DNA of 64,000 nucleotides from Anthoceros angustus (taxonomy: Eukaryota; Plantae; Anthocerotophyta), in contig VJWM01000119.1 in NCBI GenBank assembly GCA_010909165.1, forward strand, positions 1 through 64,000. The letters are read 5' to 3'. The stretch's first letter is position 1. The number at the start of each line of letters is the position of its first letter. The notes under the pieces were generated by a model. That model worked only from the letters and a program-made list of their open reading frames with translations, was not told the DNA's origin and made no database searches. Shown here piece after piece: positions 36,742-50,112 of this stretch. The translations under genes were made by a program, and so were the position numbers.

Positions 36742-39559
36742 ATGAATTTTACACCTTATCACGCCAAGTACATTGCCAGTGAATTAACCAAGAAGCGCGT
36801 CTGATAGTATTCAGAAGTTAGCCCGCCTTGGTTGACGCTCAAGTTGACCTTAATCCACATCAGGTTGAGGCCGCGCTATTCGCTTTTCAATCTCCTTTGT
36901 CAAAGGGAGCTATTTTGGCCGACGAGGTGGGGCTAGGAAAGACAATTGAAGCCGGATTAGTAATCTCAAAAATGGGCTGAAAGAAAACGGAAAATTTTGA
37001 TTATTACCCAGCTAATTTAAGAAAGCAATGGAGCCAGGAACTGCTGGACAAATTTTTCTTCCCTCTTTCATTTTAGAAGCGAAGCCATTTAACGAGTTGA
37101 TCAAAAGGCCGATTTAATCCTTTTGAACGCAATGACATTGTGATTTGCTCTATCAATTTGCAAGATCAAAGAATCTTACCTGAAGATGATTAATTGGGAT
37201 TTGTTATTGATGAAGCCCACCGTTTAAGAAATGTCTACAAACAATCCAATAAAATCGCAAAAGTCGATAAAAATTCAGTAGAAGAAGCACCTAAGATTCT
37301 TCTTACTGCAACTCCACTTCAAAAATAATCTGTTAGAACTATACGGGCTTGTGAGCATCATCGATGAATACACCTTTGGCGATTTGAAGCTTTAAATCTC
37401 AATATAGCAAGGTGAACGGCACCGCTGACGAAAGCACTTTTGAAGAATTGAAGGAACGACTGAAGCCGATTTGTAAAAGAACGCTTCGCCGTCAGGTTTT
37501 AGAATATATACGTTATACGAATAGGATTGCTTTAGTAGAAGAGTTTTATCCCACTGATGAAGAGCAAAACTTTATGATTTGGTAACAGAATATTTGCAAA
37601 GAGAAACTCTTTCGCTTTACCGGCCAGTCAAAGAAAATTGATGACCTTGATCCTAAGAAGGCTTTTGGCATCATCAACCTATGCAATTTCTGCAACGCTC
37701 GAATCTCTTGCCAATAAACTTGAGTCACTCATTAAGAACCAAGAAGCGAATGAAGCTGATAATGAGATTGCAGAAAATTTCTGAAACATTTGATGAATTG
37801 AAAGACGAATGGTCAGAAGAAGACGATGATGAAATAGCGCCTGTTTTCAGCGAACAAGATATTGCCAATATAAAAGAGGAAATGGCCTCACTCAAGGAGT
37901 TTGAAGCTTTGGCAAAATCCATTCAAGTTAACTCAAAGGGCAGAAATTATTTACCGCATTAGAAAAGGGTTTACTGAACTCGAACGATTGGGAGCACCTC
38001 GCAAGTCAATTATCTTTACGGAGAGCACTCGGACACAAGAGTATTTAAGGGCTTGCTTGAAGAGAACATATATACAGGAAAGGTTGCTTTTCAACGGAGT
38101 AAACAACGATAAAAATCCAAAGAGATTTACAAAGCCTGGGTTGAAAATATAAAGGGACGGACAGAGTAACAGGATCGAGAACTGCCGATATGCGGGCGGC
38201 ATTGGTGGATTATTTCAGAGACGAAGCAACTATTATGATTGTTACCGAAGCTGCTGCCGAAGGCATCAATCTTCAATTCTGTTCTTTGGTTATCAACTAC
38301 GATCTTCCATGGAATCCGCAAACGAATAGAACAACGAATAGGAAGGTCGCATCGTTACGGTCAAAAATTCGATGTTGTCGTAGTAAACTTTTTGAATAAG
38401 GCAAATGCCGCAGATGTAAGAGTTTATCAATTACTTGAACAAAAGTTCAATTTGTTTAACGGCGTTTTCGGAGCCAGTGACGAAGTGTTAGGAAGTATCG
38501 AAAGCGGATGGATTTTGAGAAAAGAATCGCTGCCATTTATCAGAATTGCCGCACACCTGATCAGATTGCCGATGCATTTAATAAACTGCAATCGGAACTC
38601 GAAGTAAGTATTTGATAACCTTAATAAAACACGTCAAAATCTATTGGAAAATTTGACGAGGAGGTACGAGAAGCTCCGTATCAACCTACAAGAAAGTAAA
38701 GAATACTTATCTAAGTATGAAGCTTGGTTGTGGGGTATTACGAAATATTACTTGGGAGAGGTGCTGAGTATGCTGCCGATGAGCATTTTCATTAAAAGAA
38801 ACCCTTTTGAGGGTGAAGTGATTCACCTGGCCCCTATCGGATAGGCAAGAACGTCGATGAATCTAATATATATAGAATAAACCATCCGCTTGCTCAGAAG
38901 ATCATTGAAAATGCAAAGGATTGTCGCTGCCTTCAAGAGAGTTGTCGTTTAACCTTTCCACGTCTCCTATAAAATATCAATCCTGAATTCATTGACAGGG
39001 AAATCAGGGTGGCTCTTAAAAAACTTTCCGTTACCACCTTTGATACGGAAGATCATGTAATACTTTCGGCACTTGTTGACGATGGTACTGAACTTGATAG
39101 CGAACAATGTGTGAGATTGTTTTCGGTAGAGGCAGATGAAGCGGATGTATCTGAGGTGTTTGATACCGCTGATGATAGCCTTGCTCCTATTTATGAGAGG
39201 AGAAAAGCCCAAATAGTTGACGGAATTAATGTGAAGAATGCGGCATACTTTGACGTGGAGATTGAGAAGCTAGATAAATGGGGCGAGGATCGAAGAAGCT
39301 CGCTGAAAATAACGCTGAAAGAATTGGATGAAGAAATTCGGAACCTAAAAAACAGGCCCGGCTTGCTAATCTCCCGAAAATTAAAACTTGAAAAGAACGG
39401 AAAAGTCTCGAAACCAAAAGGGATGAAGCTTGGAAAGAATATGACGGCGCTGCAAAGAAATAGATCAAACGAAGGATAAACTTCTGGATCAGATCGAGGA
39501 AAAGCTTGAACAAAAGATAAGAAGACTCCTTATTTCTTATTCGTTGGAATATAAAGTGA
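36742..39559 (+). CDS. SNF2-family SF2 helicase/translocase
   Basis: VDLNPHQVEAALFAF, ILADEVGLGKTIEAG, VIDEAHRLRN, LLTATPLQ, IIFTESTRTQ, TEAAAEGINLQ, NYDLPWNP, EQRIGRSHRYGQ. Confidence 0.93.
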
Positions 39560-39564
39560 CACTT

Positions 39565-39764
39565 ATGAGCGAAAAAATCCTAATGATGTTCTTGCGATGA
39601 GATTGCCAAGAAGCTAATTGAAGAAGGTTTGATTGACAAATCTTCGGAGAAATCATTCATCAAAGGGCTTAGCGAAGGAAACTACAAAGAGGCTGATTGG
39701 AAGACCCTTTTTGGAAGAAGTTATCAATAAACCAAAACCTGACTCCGATGAAACTAAAAACTAA
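39565..39764 (+). CDS. Small hypothetical protein (~65 aa), missed by ORF track
   Basis: MSEKNPNDVLA-EIAKKLIEEGLIDKSSEKSFIKGLAEGTTKEADWKTLLEEVINKPKPDSDETKN*; starts 5 nt after SNF2 stop and overlaps next ATG. Confidence 0.7.
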
Positions 39765-42048
39765 ACATTGATTCATTCAGAGGGGCAAGCTGCTCATTCT
39801 TGAATTTGACGGTGAAAAACGTCACAATGGTCTTTGGTGAAAAACGGGAACGGGAAATCAACCATTACCGATTCGCTAATTTGCCTTTGTACCGCTAATG
39901 ATCACGGTTCCTTGGATGACAAATCCTCGATAGATAAGTCGTTCTATACGTCAATATCGAGTAAGCCTGCGGATTTGAAGATCGAATTAAAAACGGATGT
40001 GGGGACTTTAAAACTTCCTTATCAGGAAAAGTTTTGCGAAAACCCTGCCGTCGGTCATCCGATTGTAAGGCATTTAAGACGTAGCCAAATCACACAGTTT
40101 ATCGAAGAACAGCCTCATAAGCGTTATGAGCAATTGCAATCCTTTATTAACGTAGGAAACATTGCAAAGAGTGAAGACTCTTTAAGGAAGTTGAATAAAG
40201 AAACAGAGGATGCACAAAAGATAGCGATTAGTACATTAAATAATGCGTCCACAACGCTAGAGCAGACTTGGGCGAATGAAGGAAAGCCGGAAAAGAATTG
40301 GGAAAGTTGGGCAAAAAGAATCTGCAAAAAGATGTTGCAGAAGAAACCAGGCTTAAACATTTAGAGGCGCTATTGCCAAATGGAGTTCTATCAAGGAGAC
40401 GGAGGCGAAACATAAGTCCGATGTTGACGAATTTGAAAAAGCTGCAAAAAGACACGCAGAAGAAAAGATGAAGAAAGCGCAGGAAGGAAATGAAAACGCT
40501 AATGCGGATCTTCTTTCCTTGTTGCAATCTGCACAGAAGTTCATATCGGGAAAGGAAGATGTTAAAAGTTGCCCTGTTTGCGAGAATACGGTCGAAAAAG
40601 GCCAACTTTTAAAGTCGCTTGATTCAAAAATTGGATCAATGAATTCATTTAAGGAAATTGTTCAAGCTTGTAAAACAGCACGAAAAGCTGCCGAGGAAAA
40701 ACAGAAAATTCAGGAATCAACTATTACAACATTTGTTCAGAAAATAACCGTGTTTGAACAGGGCATCACATCAATCACAGATAAACCATTCCCGGACATT
40801 ACAAAAGGTTGGCTTTCATAAAGTCTGGCGATACACCTGAACAAAAATTGGCGCTTTTATTAAGGCCTTTGATGAAATAGATAAGGAAATCGACACTGAA
40901 AGACAGACGGCGGAAAGATAAAAAGGCAATCGGTCAACACAACCTTATCAAAGACCAATACAAGTCCATATTGTCGTCCCGTGAAAATCAGCGGGCACAC
41001 AAACGTTACTGGTTGCCATTGGCAATACATTGAAGATTGTCGAAAAGCACGGAAAGATTTTGTTCAAAGCGAACTTGTTTCTATTTCATCTGATGTAGAT
41101 GCCTTGTATCAAAAGCTTCACCCAAACGAAAGTTTAGGCGGGATTTCTCTCACATTAAAACAAACAACAAAAATTCACTTGAACTCAGCGCTGATTTTAT
41201 ACTAAGTCCGGCATTACCCTCAATCGGTTTACAGTGAATCCCACTTAGATACATTAGGTATATGCGTGTTCATCGCCCTGGCAAAAAATACGGCGCAGCT
41301 AATTCGATACTGATTTTGGATGATGTCGTAATGTCGGTTGATGAAAACCACTTGGACAGATTTATAGGCCTTTTGCATGACGAAGCCGATAACTTCGCTC
41401 ACATTATCATCACCACCCATTACCGCCCTTGGAAAGACCGCTACAGATATAACAGAGCACCGAGTCAGAAGGTCCATTTCGTTGAATTAAGGCCATGGTC
41501 TTTGGGGAATGGTATCAGGGTTCAAAATGGAAAGCTTGCCATCGATGAATTGCGGCAGGCTCTTGCTGACCAAAGCCATTTCGACCGCCAAGCGATAACT
41601 AGTAAATCAGGAATAATACTGGAAAATATTCTGGACTATCTATCGGTATTATTTCAGTGCAGGGTACCTAGAAAAGCCTAAGAATGATTATCAGCTAAGA
41701 GAGCTTTTGGACTGCATATCAAGTAAGCTAATGAACCTATTGAAAGTTGAACATTTGGGCAAAAATGCATTAGGAAATACGACGGGACCGTAATCACAAA
41801 AACAACGGACTTGAAAACATTATTGAATAACATAAAGCAGTTAGCTATAGTCCGAAATTGGGTTGCACACTTCAACTATGACGGTTCGACGGTTAGTGAT
41901 GCCGATGTAGAAAAATTCAATATGACTTTAGAACTATCTGAGCTGATAACATGCCCTGACTCCGGCAATTTTCCTGATAGGAACAAGTCTGGTTCATATT
42001 GGGAGACGAAGAACGGATCGATCAGACTATACCTTACAAGAACCCTGA
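39748..42048 (+). CDS. Rad50/SbcC/RloC-like ABC ATPase with zinc hook and C-terminal HEPN-like domain
   Basis: IDSFRG, Walker A GENGNGKST, coiled coil with CPVC (40570), signature YSESHLD (41230), Walker B ILILDDVVMSVD, H-loop IITTH, RNWVAH (41853). Confidence 0.85.
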
Positions 42049-43966
42049 TGACAAATCAAAACATAAAGATGTCACAGATAGAAAAGCTACCATTGACTTC
42101 AATGGATATCAAAGATTCACAAGTTGAAAAACTGAAAGAACTGTTTCCTGAAGTTTTACGGAAGGAAACAAAATCGACTGGGAGAAATTAAAGCTCACGT
42201 TGGGTGAGAATATTGATCCGGGAAAGAACGTTTCGGCATGAATTGGCCGGGTAAGGCGGATTGTTTTAAAACTATTCATTCAACCAAGTGCCGCAACCCT
42301 GGTTCCTGATAGGGAAGAAAGTGTTGATTTCGATAACACCCAAAATCTTTTTTATTGAAGGCGATAACCTTGAAGTACTAAAGCTTTTGCAGAAAAGCTA
42401 TTTAGGCAAAATCAAGATGATTTATATCGATCCACCATATAACACCGGTAACGATTTTATTTATCCTGATAATTACGCAGAAAGCCTTAGTGCTTATTTA
42501 GAATACACAGGCCAGGTGGATACTGAAGGAAAGAAATTCTCAACGAACACAGAAACAGATGGTCGCTTCCATAGCAAGTGGATGAATATGATGTACCCTG
42601 AGACTGTTTCTTGCTAAAACTTGTTGACTGACGACGGTTGATTTTATTTCTATCGATGATGCTGAAGTTGATAATCTTAAAAATCTGCAATGAAATATTT
42701 GGAGAAGAAAATTTTATTGATCCTATAATCTGGAAGAAACGTTACGGCGGAGGGCAAAGAGAAATTTCTTGTGGCTCTACACGAATATATTCTTGTGTAT
42801 GCAAAGGATAAAATTAAGTTAGATAATTTCTTTATACCTCTCGATGAGGAATCGATCGATTAAGATATTATACTAACAAGGATGATAAATTTGCAAAACG
42901 GGAGGCTATAGAACGCATCCGCTAGAAGGGATGAAAAGCTTTGATGCTCGAGAAAATCTTGTATTTCCAATCAAGGCCCTGATGGAACAGAAGTATGGCC
43001 AAAGCGACAGTGGAGATGGGGCCGTGAAAGGGTTGAAGAGGCTTTAAACGATAACGAGATTGAGTTTACGAAGACAAAAATGGAGAATGGGTTTTATCTT
43101 CTAAACAATATTTGTATGATGAAACAGGTGAGATAAGAGATACAAAGCCTTTTCAATTATAGATGACATTTTCACCCAACATGGCACGAATGAAATTGTT
43201 GACATTTTTGGAAACGCTAAAATTTTCGATTACCCTAAGCCGTCAGAATTGATATTAAAACTTTTACAAATTGGTTTTGGATCAAGTGAGAATGGGATAC
43301 TCTTAGATTTCTTTTCAGGGTCATCAGCATCTGCCCATGTTGATACAGCTGAATACTCTTAAAAAGGAGATAGGAAATTTATTTGTGTCCAAATACCCGA
43401 ACCGGTTGGCGAAGCGATGCTCATAAAGCTGGCTTTAACAATATAGCAGATATAGGAAAAGAAAGGATAAGGAGGATCATCTCACGCTTTAAAGCAAACA
43501 AGTAAAGACAATGGGGCAAGTTCATTATTTCCCGAACATAAAGCTGTAGCCCAAGATTTGGGCTTTAGAGTATTGAAACTTCAAAAGTCTAATTTCAGAA
43601 GTTGGGACGCAGGTGTTTTAAAGGAGGCCACTGCAATTCAAACCGAATTAGACTTACATGCTCATCATGTATCAAGCCAAGCAAAAAATGAAGCCATTTT
43701 ATTTGAAATCTTGATCAAAGCAGGTTTGAGCCTTCTATTCCAATTAAGAGATTTGAAATCGCAGGCAAGGAACTTTTACCGTTGCTGAGGAGAGCTTATA
43801 ATATGCTTGGAAAAGAATCTGACCTATGATTTGATAAAATCTATTGCAGAAATTCAACCTACTCGAGTTATCTGCCTTGACGAAGGTTTCCAAAATAATG
43901 ATCAGCTAAAACAAATGCGGTTCAGATTATGAAGAGTAAAAGATCTTGAGCTTTAGAACCATATAA
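42048..43966 (+). CDS. mod: Type III restriction-modification methyltransferase Mod (N6-adenine, beta class)
   Basis: LKELFPEVF, IEGDNLEVLKLL, IYIDPPYNTG, HSKWMNMMYP, FDYPKP, LDFFSGSSASAH, IGKERIRR, DLGFRVLKL. Confidence 0.93.
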
Positions 43967-43968
43967 CG

Positions 43969-46871
43969 ATGAAGATTAAATTTGATAGTGAACAGTCATT
44001 CCAGAAAGAGGCCGTAGCTTCTATTGTTAATTTGTTTGATGGGCAACCACTAAGCAAAGAAGATTTTAGCAGAGATAAATACTGCTGCCGTAACTGGACA
44101 AACGAGTCTTTTCAATCTGAATTAGGCATAGGAAACAATATCGTCATTAATTCCGATGCTATCCACAACAGCCTGAATGAGGTCCTGAGTGAGAATGATC
44201 TTGACGCAATAGATAAAATTCTTTTCAAGGAAACGGAATGAACTTTTCCGTTGAAATGGAAACAGGAACAGGCAAGACCTATGTTTATCTACGAACTATC
44301 TTTGAGTTGCATGAGAAGTATGGGTTCAAAAATTTATTGTTGTCGTTCCGAGCGTTGCAATCCGCGAAGGAGCTTTAAAAATTTAGATATTACTAGGAAC
44401 ATTTTCGAGCCTTATACAACAATGTTGAGTTTGAGCACTTTGTTTACGACAGCAAAAGGCGAACAGACTAAGACAATTTGCCACTAGTAACCAGTTGCAA
44501 ATAATGGTGATCAACATTGATGCCTTTCGAAAAGACTTTTCAGAAAGCGAAGAGGAAAAGAAAAGTAATGTAATCTTCAAAGAGAGCGATAAATTATCCG
44601 GAAGAAAGCCTATCAATTTGTGCAGGCAACAAATCCTTTGTTATTATCGACGAGCCTCAAAGTGTTGATACAACGCCTCAGGCACAGGAAGCCATCAAAT
44701 CACTTAATCCTGCCTGCATTTTCCGTTTTCTGCAACACATAAAATCTCTATAACCTAGTTTATAAACTTGATCCTGTTAAAGCGTACAAGCTTGGATTGG
44801 TTAAGCAGATCGTTGTTGCTTCCGTTACAGGAGCAAATGCGCAAAATGACGCTTACGTTAAACTACTTGAAGTGGATAATAAGAAAGGAATCCGTGCAAG
44901 GGTACGGATTCAGGTGCAGGGAAATCAAAAATTGCCGAGAAGGACTTTTGGGTCACTCAGAACAGTGACTTATTCGCAATATCGAACGAACGGGAGGCTT
45001 ATAGAAATGGATTTGAAGTATTGGATATTAATGCCGAACCTGGAAACGAGTTTATAGATTTTACGGTCGGTAGATTATATAAAGGTCAAGAGCGAGGCGG
45101 CATCAAGGAAGATTTGAGCAAGGTTCAAATCCGAAACACAATCAAAAGCATTTCGATAAAGAGCTTCAAGTGAAGGATAAGGGTATAAAGGTCCTAAGCC
45201 TTTTCTTTATCGATAGAGTTGCAAATTATCGGACTTATTCGGAAGATGGAAAAGCCTTACACGGTAAGTTTGCTCAGATTTTGAAGAATGCTATGCGGAA
45301 CTAATAAAACTGCCGCAATACCAATCCTTAAATCAATACCTCTGGATAAAGTGCATGACGGGTATTTTTCCCAAGATAAAAGGGATTTTGAAAGATACGT
45401 CCGGCGCTACCCAGGCTGATGATGACACCTATGCTAAGATCATGCGGAATAAAGAACAGTTGCTATCAATAGATGAACCGCTCAAATTTATATTTTCTCA
45501 CTCCGCCTTGAGGGAAGGGTGGGATAATCCCAATGTCTTTCAAATCTGTACTCTTAACGAAACCCGATCTACAACAAAGAAACGACAGGAAATAGGAAGA
45601 GGTTTACGATTACCAGTTAATCAGAATGGTGAACGGGTATTTGATGATAACATCAATAAACTTACAATCATTGCAAACGAAAGTTATGATGAATTTGCCT
45701 CAAATTACAGACCGAGTACGAAGAAGATTGCGGCGTCACATTTGGAAAAGTACCAAAGGTTGCTTTCAAGGAATAAGTCTATGGTCGGAAGACAAGGAAA
45801 TACCTTTTATAAAAAGAACAATCAACGGACATTTGGAACGTTTTGGCTTCAAACGGGTTTATAGATAAAAGCGGTAAAATCTTGCCGATGTTTAGGCCAT
45901 CAGAAGATGGCTTTACATTGAAACTTCCTGAACAATTCAGTTCAGTTGAATCGAGAGATCATTTCGATTTTACAAAGTTACCAGTTAGATCGCCACATTA
46001 AGAAAGATGAAGAACCCAAACGCCTGAAGATAAACAAACAAGTATTTCTTGACCCGGAATTCGAGACACTATGGAACAAGATCAAACACAGGACTACTTA
46101 CCAAGTCGAATATGACACTCCAAAACTGATTCAAAATTGTATTGCAGCAATAAGAAAGATGGAGCCGATTGACCCTGTCGTTGTTAGTTATAGAGAAGCT
46201 GAGGTAGATGTCAAGTAAAAGGGTTATTACAAAGGAAGTCAATCCAATATTCATAAGGTGTCTTTCACAGGCGGCTTACCTGACATCATTGCTTATGTTC
46301 AAAAGCAAACTGAGCTCACAAGAAAAACGATTGTAGAAATTATAAAAGGAAGCAATCGGGTTTCTGACTTTCTGGTCAATCCACAACGATTCATGGATGA
46401 AGTTTCCGCATTAATCAATCGTGAGTTGTATAGATTGATGATTGATGGAATTAAGTATGAAAACTTACCGCCGGTTTGACCGAATGGAGTATGCAGTTAT
46501 TCCGAGATGATGAATTAAAAGATTATTTTGAGGAATGTCTTGAAGTCCAAAAGTCAATCTTTGATAAAATTATTTACGACAGTGAAATAGAAAGAAAAGT
46601 TTGCAGAGGATTTAGACAAGCGAACCGACATCAAGCTCTTTCTTAAACTTCCGTCTTGGTTTAAGGTGGAAACGCCTGTAGGAGAATATAATCCTGACTG
46701 GGCTATAGTTAAGCACGAAGACGCAACAATTTACTTAGTAAGAGAAACAAAAGGGACAAAAGATTTTGAGAAACTAAGAAATTCTGAGGCCGATAAGGTT
46801 CGATGTGGTCGAAAACATTTGAAGCTCTTGACGTAAACTTTAATGTCGTCGTTAGAGCTTCAGAAATATAA
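43969..46871 (+). CDS. res: Type III restriction endonuclease Res
   Basis: [54 protein letters not shown], nuclease [14 protein letters not shown]. Confidence 0.93.
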
Positions 46872-46882
46872 ATGTTGTTACC

Positions 46883-47437
46883 ATGGAACTATCTGAACTG
46901 GTCGAACGACTGAGAACGGTATTCAGTAAATTCGTATAGCCGCGAAAAGTTATTGCGGCAGGATGCACATGAGGATGCGATCACCACGGAACTGATATTG
47001 TTTTAAGGAATACTTCTCTGATTGGCCTCATGAGATAAACCACAATTACGATAAACGAATTGTGAACAATGAACTCATGAAAAGCAAACGCGTTTCATGT
47101 TGGCAAATTTACCGGCTAGTAAGATACCTAAAATACCAACCTGCATGATGAGTACGTATTAAAAGGTTTACTGCCTGATATTATATTTCATGATTTGGAT
47201 GGACCTAACACAACTTTTTAATGTTCGAAGTCAAGAAAAGTACAAATAAGAACGGTGACGACAGGATCATGTATTCGTTTAAACTCCGCAGCCACCGCTG
47301 CCGACTTGAAATATGAATACGGCGTCTTTGTAGATTTCACCTCAGGAAATAAATTCGACATCACTGCACCAGCTTTTTCGAAGTATATCAAAACGGCGAC
47401 ATTGTGTACGAAGAAGAAATCAAGTAAACCAAAATAA
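46883..47437 (+). CDS. Hypothetical PD-(D/E)XK-fold protein
   Basis: Stitched MELSELVERL..AHEDAITTEL..HNYDKR..LLPDIIFHD..FLMFEVKKS..KYEYGVFVDF. Confidence 0.6.
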
Positions 47438-47488
47438 AGACGCCAATATAGAGAAAATAAGATTATAGTCCGATACCCTGCAAGGCCC

Positions 47489-47566
47489 TCAAAATTTACT
47501 CTGCATTATTTTCGCAGCAAGATTTACGGCATCTTCAACCGGACTTTGGGACAGTCTGGCATAGAT
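47489..47566 (-). pseudogene. C-terminal stump of a tyrosine integrase
   Basis: IYARLSQSPVEDAVNLAAKIMQSKF* begins exactly at the IS21 end; matches the T-x-IYA catalytic-Tyr tail pattern of phage integrases. Confidence 0.6.
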
Positions 47567-47720
47567 TGCGAGTGCCGATCAAATTGACCACATCAGGCCG
47601 AAGCAAATTGACCACCAGTTTTGCTGGCGAAGATTTTCAGTTTATGTATGATGGAGCGATTCAAAATTGAGTTGCTTTTTAGTTTCAACGGCCATTTTAG
47701 GCAGCTGATCCTTTACAAAT

Positions 47721-48463
47721 TTATGCGTTCGGTTCGTTTTCTCCTTTTCTTCTTTTGCGTAGCGATTCTCCTTTTAGTTCCAGGCGGTGTGCATGATGAA
47801 CGATTCTATCCAGTATCGCATCAGCGATAGTTTGCTCGCCTATAATATCATACCATTTACTTACTGGTACTTGTGAGGTAATGATCAGGGCGCTTTTTCC
47901 ATGACGATCTTCCACCAGTTCCATCAGTGCTGTGCGGCTTTGTGCGTCCAGGGGTTGCAGGCCGAAGTCATCCAATATAAGCAGGTGTTGTCTTTCAATA
48001 CGCGCTATTTCCTTAATGTAAGAGCCGTCTGCTTTACTCATTTTAAGTTTGGAGAACAGCTTAGGAACATTGTGGTAGACCACCCTGTATCCCCGGCTAG
48101 GCGTGATGTCCCAGTGCGGAGGCAATATAACTTTGCCGATACCTGTACTTCCTGTAACGAGGACACATTCAGCTTTATCAATGAAGCTACAGTCTGCCAG
48201 CCGCATGATCTGGTTACGGTCGATGTTACGATCGCTATTATAGTAAAGTCCCTCAAGGTCTGCCTTGTAGCGGAAGCGGGCATTCTTTACCTTTGATCTA
48301 CACTACGGTTTTGCCGGTCGTCCCATTCAGCATCTACCAGGTGAGCGATCAACTCATCCGGTGTATAAGTTTCCTGCTTCTCTGATTCCAGGCTGGTTTT
48401 AAATACACGGTACATGCCTTGTAGTTTCATTTTGCGCATCTTGTCTAATGTTGCTGCATTCAT
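47721..48463 (-). CDS. istB: IS21 helper ATPase IstB
   Basis: TGSTGIGK Walker A, LLILDDFGL, ELVEDRH, IITSQVP, ADAILDRIVH. Confidence 0.95.
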
Positions 48464-48500
48464 AATGTGTGATTGTTATTGTAAGTGATGAATAAAATGA

Positions 48501-50041
48501 TTATTGATAGTAGCCTTCTCCTCTGATATTGTCGTGGAATGGCATTTTCAACTGGTCAGTTTCGTCCGGCGTGAGGCCGAGATCCAGTTCTCTCCAATAT
48601 TTTCTGTATGGTTTTGTAGTTGTAAGCACCGTATCCCAAGGCCCGCTGACAGGCTTTTATCAGGCGTTCAGTTCCTACTTTCTTAGCAAACCCCAAAATA
48701 CCCATACACGATTTATAAGCCTGCTCAGGGTGTTGTTTACGATCCAGTACTTTCAGGATATAGCATTTTACATCTTCATGGATGCTCTCTGCCCAGGAAG
48801 TGAAGCGCTCAGGCGTCCATTCGCTTACAAAGCGGTGGGTAGAGGCCAGGTGTTCTTTTTCGGTGGTATATTGATAAGGGCTTTTAAGTCTACGATGAAC
48901 AGCAATGCGTTCATAGTTATAGTAAACTTCTACTGTGTGACGGGAGTAAAGCAGTTTTACCTTCTTGCCAATATAACGGTAAGGCACACTGTAATAATGC
49001 TTGTCAGCTCCCAGGCCGACATGTCCATTTTAGCTACAGTAGCAAAGCATTGTTTTTGAGCTCGTAACGCAATACGGGTAGCGGCATGAGGGCGGCCTTC
49101 TCTACTTCATCAAACTGTTGCTGACGGCTATAGTTGCGCCCTCTTAGCATGGCGAGATTATGTTCCTGTAGCGCTTGCCGGATGGCTTGGTTCAGGTCTG
49201 TAAGGTTGTGGTATGGGGTGCGCCGGACTTTTACATAGATGCGGGAGTATATAATACGAACTGCGTTTTCAACGAGCGCCTTATCGCGGGGCGATACGCC
49301 CGGGCCGGAAGAATAGCTGTACCATAATGTTCTGCAAAATCAGCAAAAGTCTCGTTCAGGGTGGGTTCAAACTTACTGCTACGAATAACCGCACTTTTAA
49401 ATTGTCGGGAACAATGGCTGCGGAACACCACCGTAGAAATGCAATGCATTCTCGCAGGCGGCTATAAAATCTTCTTTCTGCTGTGTCATTACCGCTTCCA
49501 CATAGGTAAGCTGACTGGCTCCCAGTATACAAACAAATACTTCTACAGCAGTAACTTCTCCACTCAGCGGATCAACAATACTTAATTTGTCTCCCGCAAA
49601 ATCAACGTAAAGCTTATCACCAGCCTTGTGTTCCATGCGCATCACAGGATTAACCTGGGCTTTCCACTGGGCATAGTAGTGCTTAAACTGGCTTACACCA
49701 AAACCATCAGGATGTTCGACCCTGTATTGCTCCCAAAGCAAATAACGGGTAACACCTTTTTCTTCAGCTCTTTATCAATGGAAGGAAAGCGTTCAAACAA
49801 GATTTGAAGCTTTTCATTTAAAGGTTTAGGTTCAGGCTTTACAAAAGATCTTCCAAATCCTTATCACTGAGTTCACTGATCTCTTCAAAACTCAATCCAC
49901 TGGCAGAAAATGATTTGATATACTTCTTAAGCGTATTACGGGCTACACCTGTTTGCGCTGCGATCTTCAACTTACTGTATCCTGCGTATGCATACGCAGG
50001 ATCTGTCTGATTTTAATCATCGTTATCGGGGTATTGGCCAT
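48501..50041 (-). CDS. istA: IS21 transposase IstA
   Basis: MRMEHKAGDKLYVDFAG, LGASQLTYVEA, FYGGVP, HYGTAILPARAYRP, terminal HDNIRGEGYYQ*. Confidence 0.95.
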
Positions 50042-50112
50042 CCTGACTATAAAATTTTGATGCAAAATTTATAGCCAGCGTTGCCAATACATAAACTAAA
50101 AATCAAATCCAC

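Noticed and set aside
42048-43966. Phase-variable mod gene
   Set aside because: No simple-sequence repeat tract seen; frameshifts match the window-wide error pattern.
36742-47437. DISARM, BREX or Dnd system
   Set aside because: No DrmA/DrmB (DUF1998), PglZ/BrxC or Dnd genes; the methylase and helicase-nuclease are canonical Type III Mod/Res.
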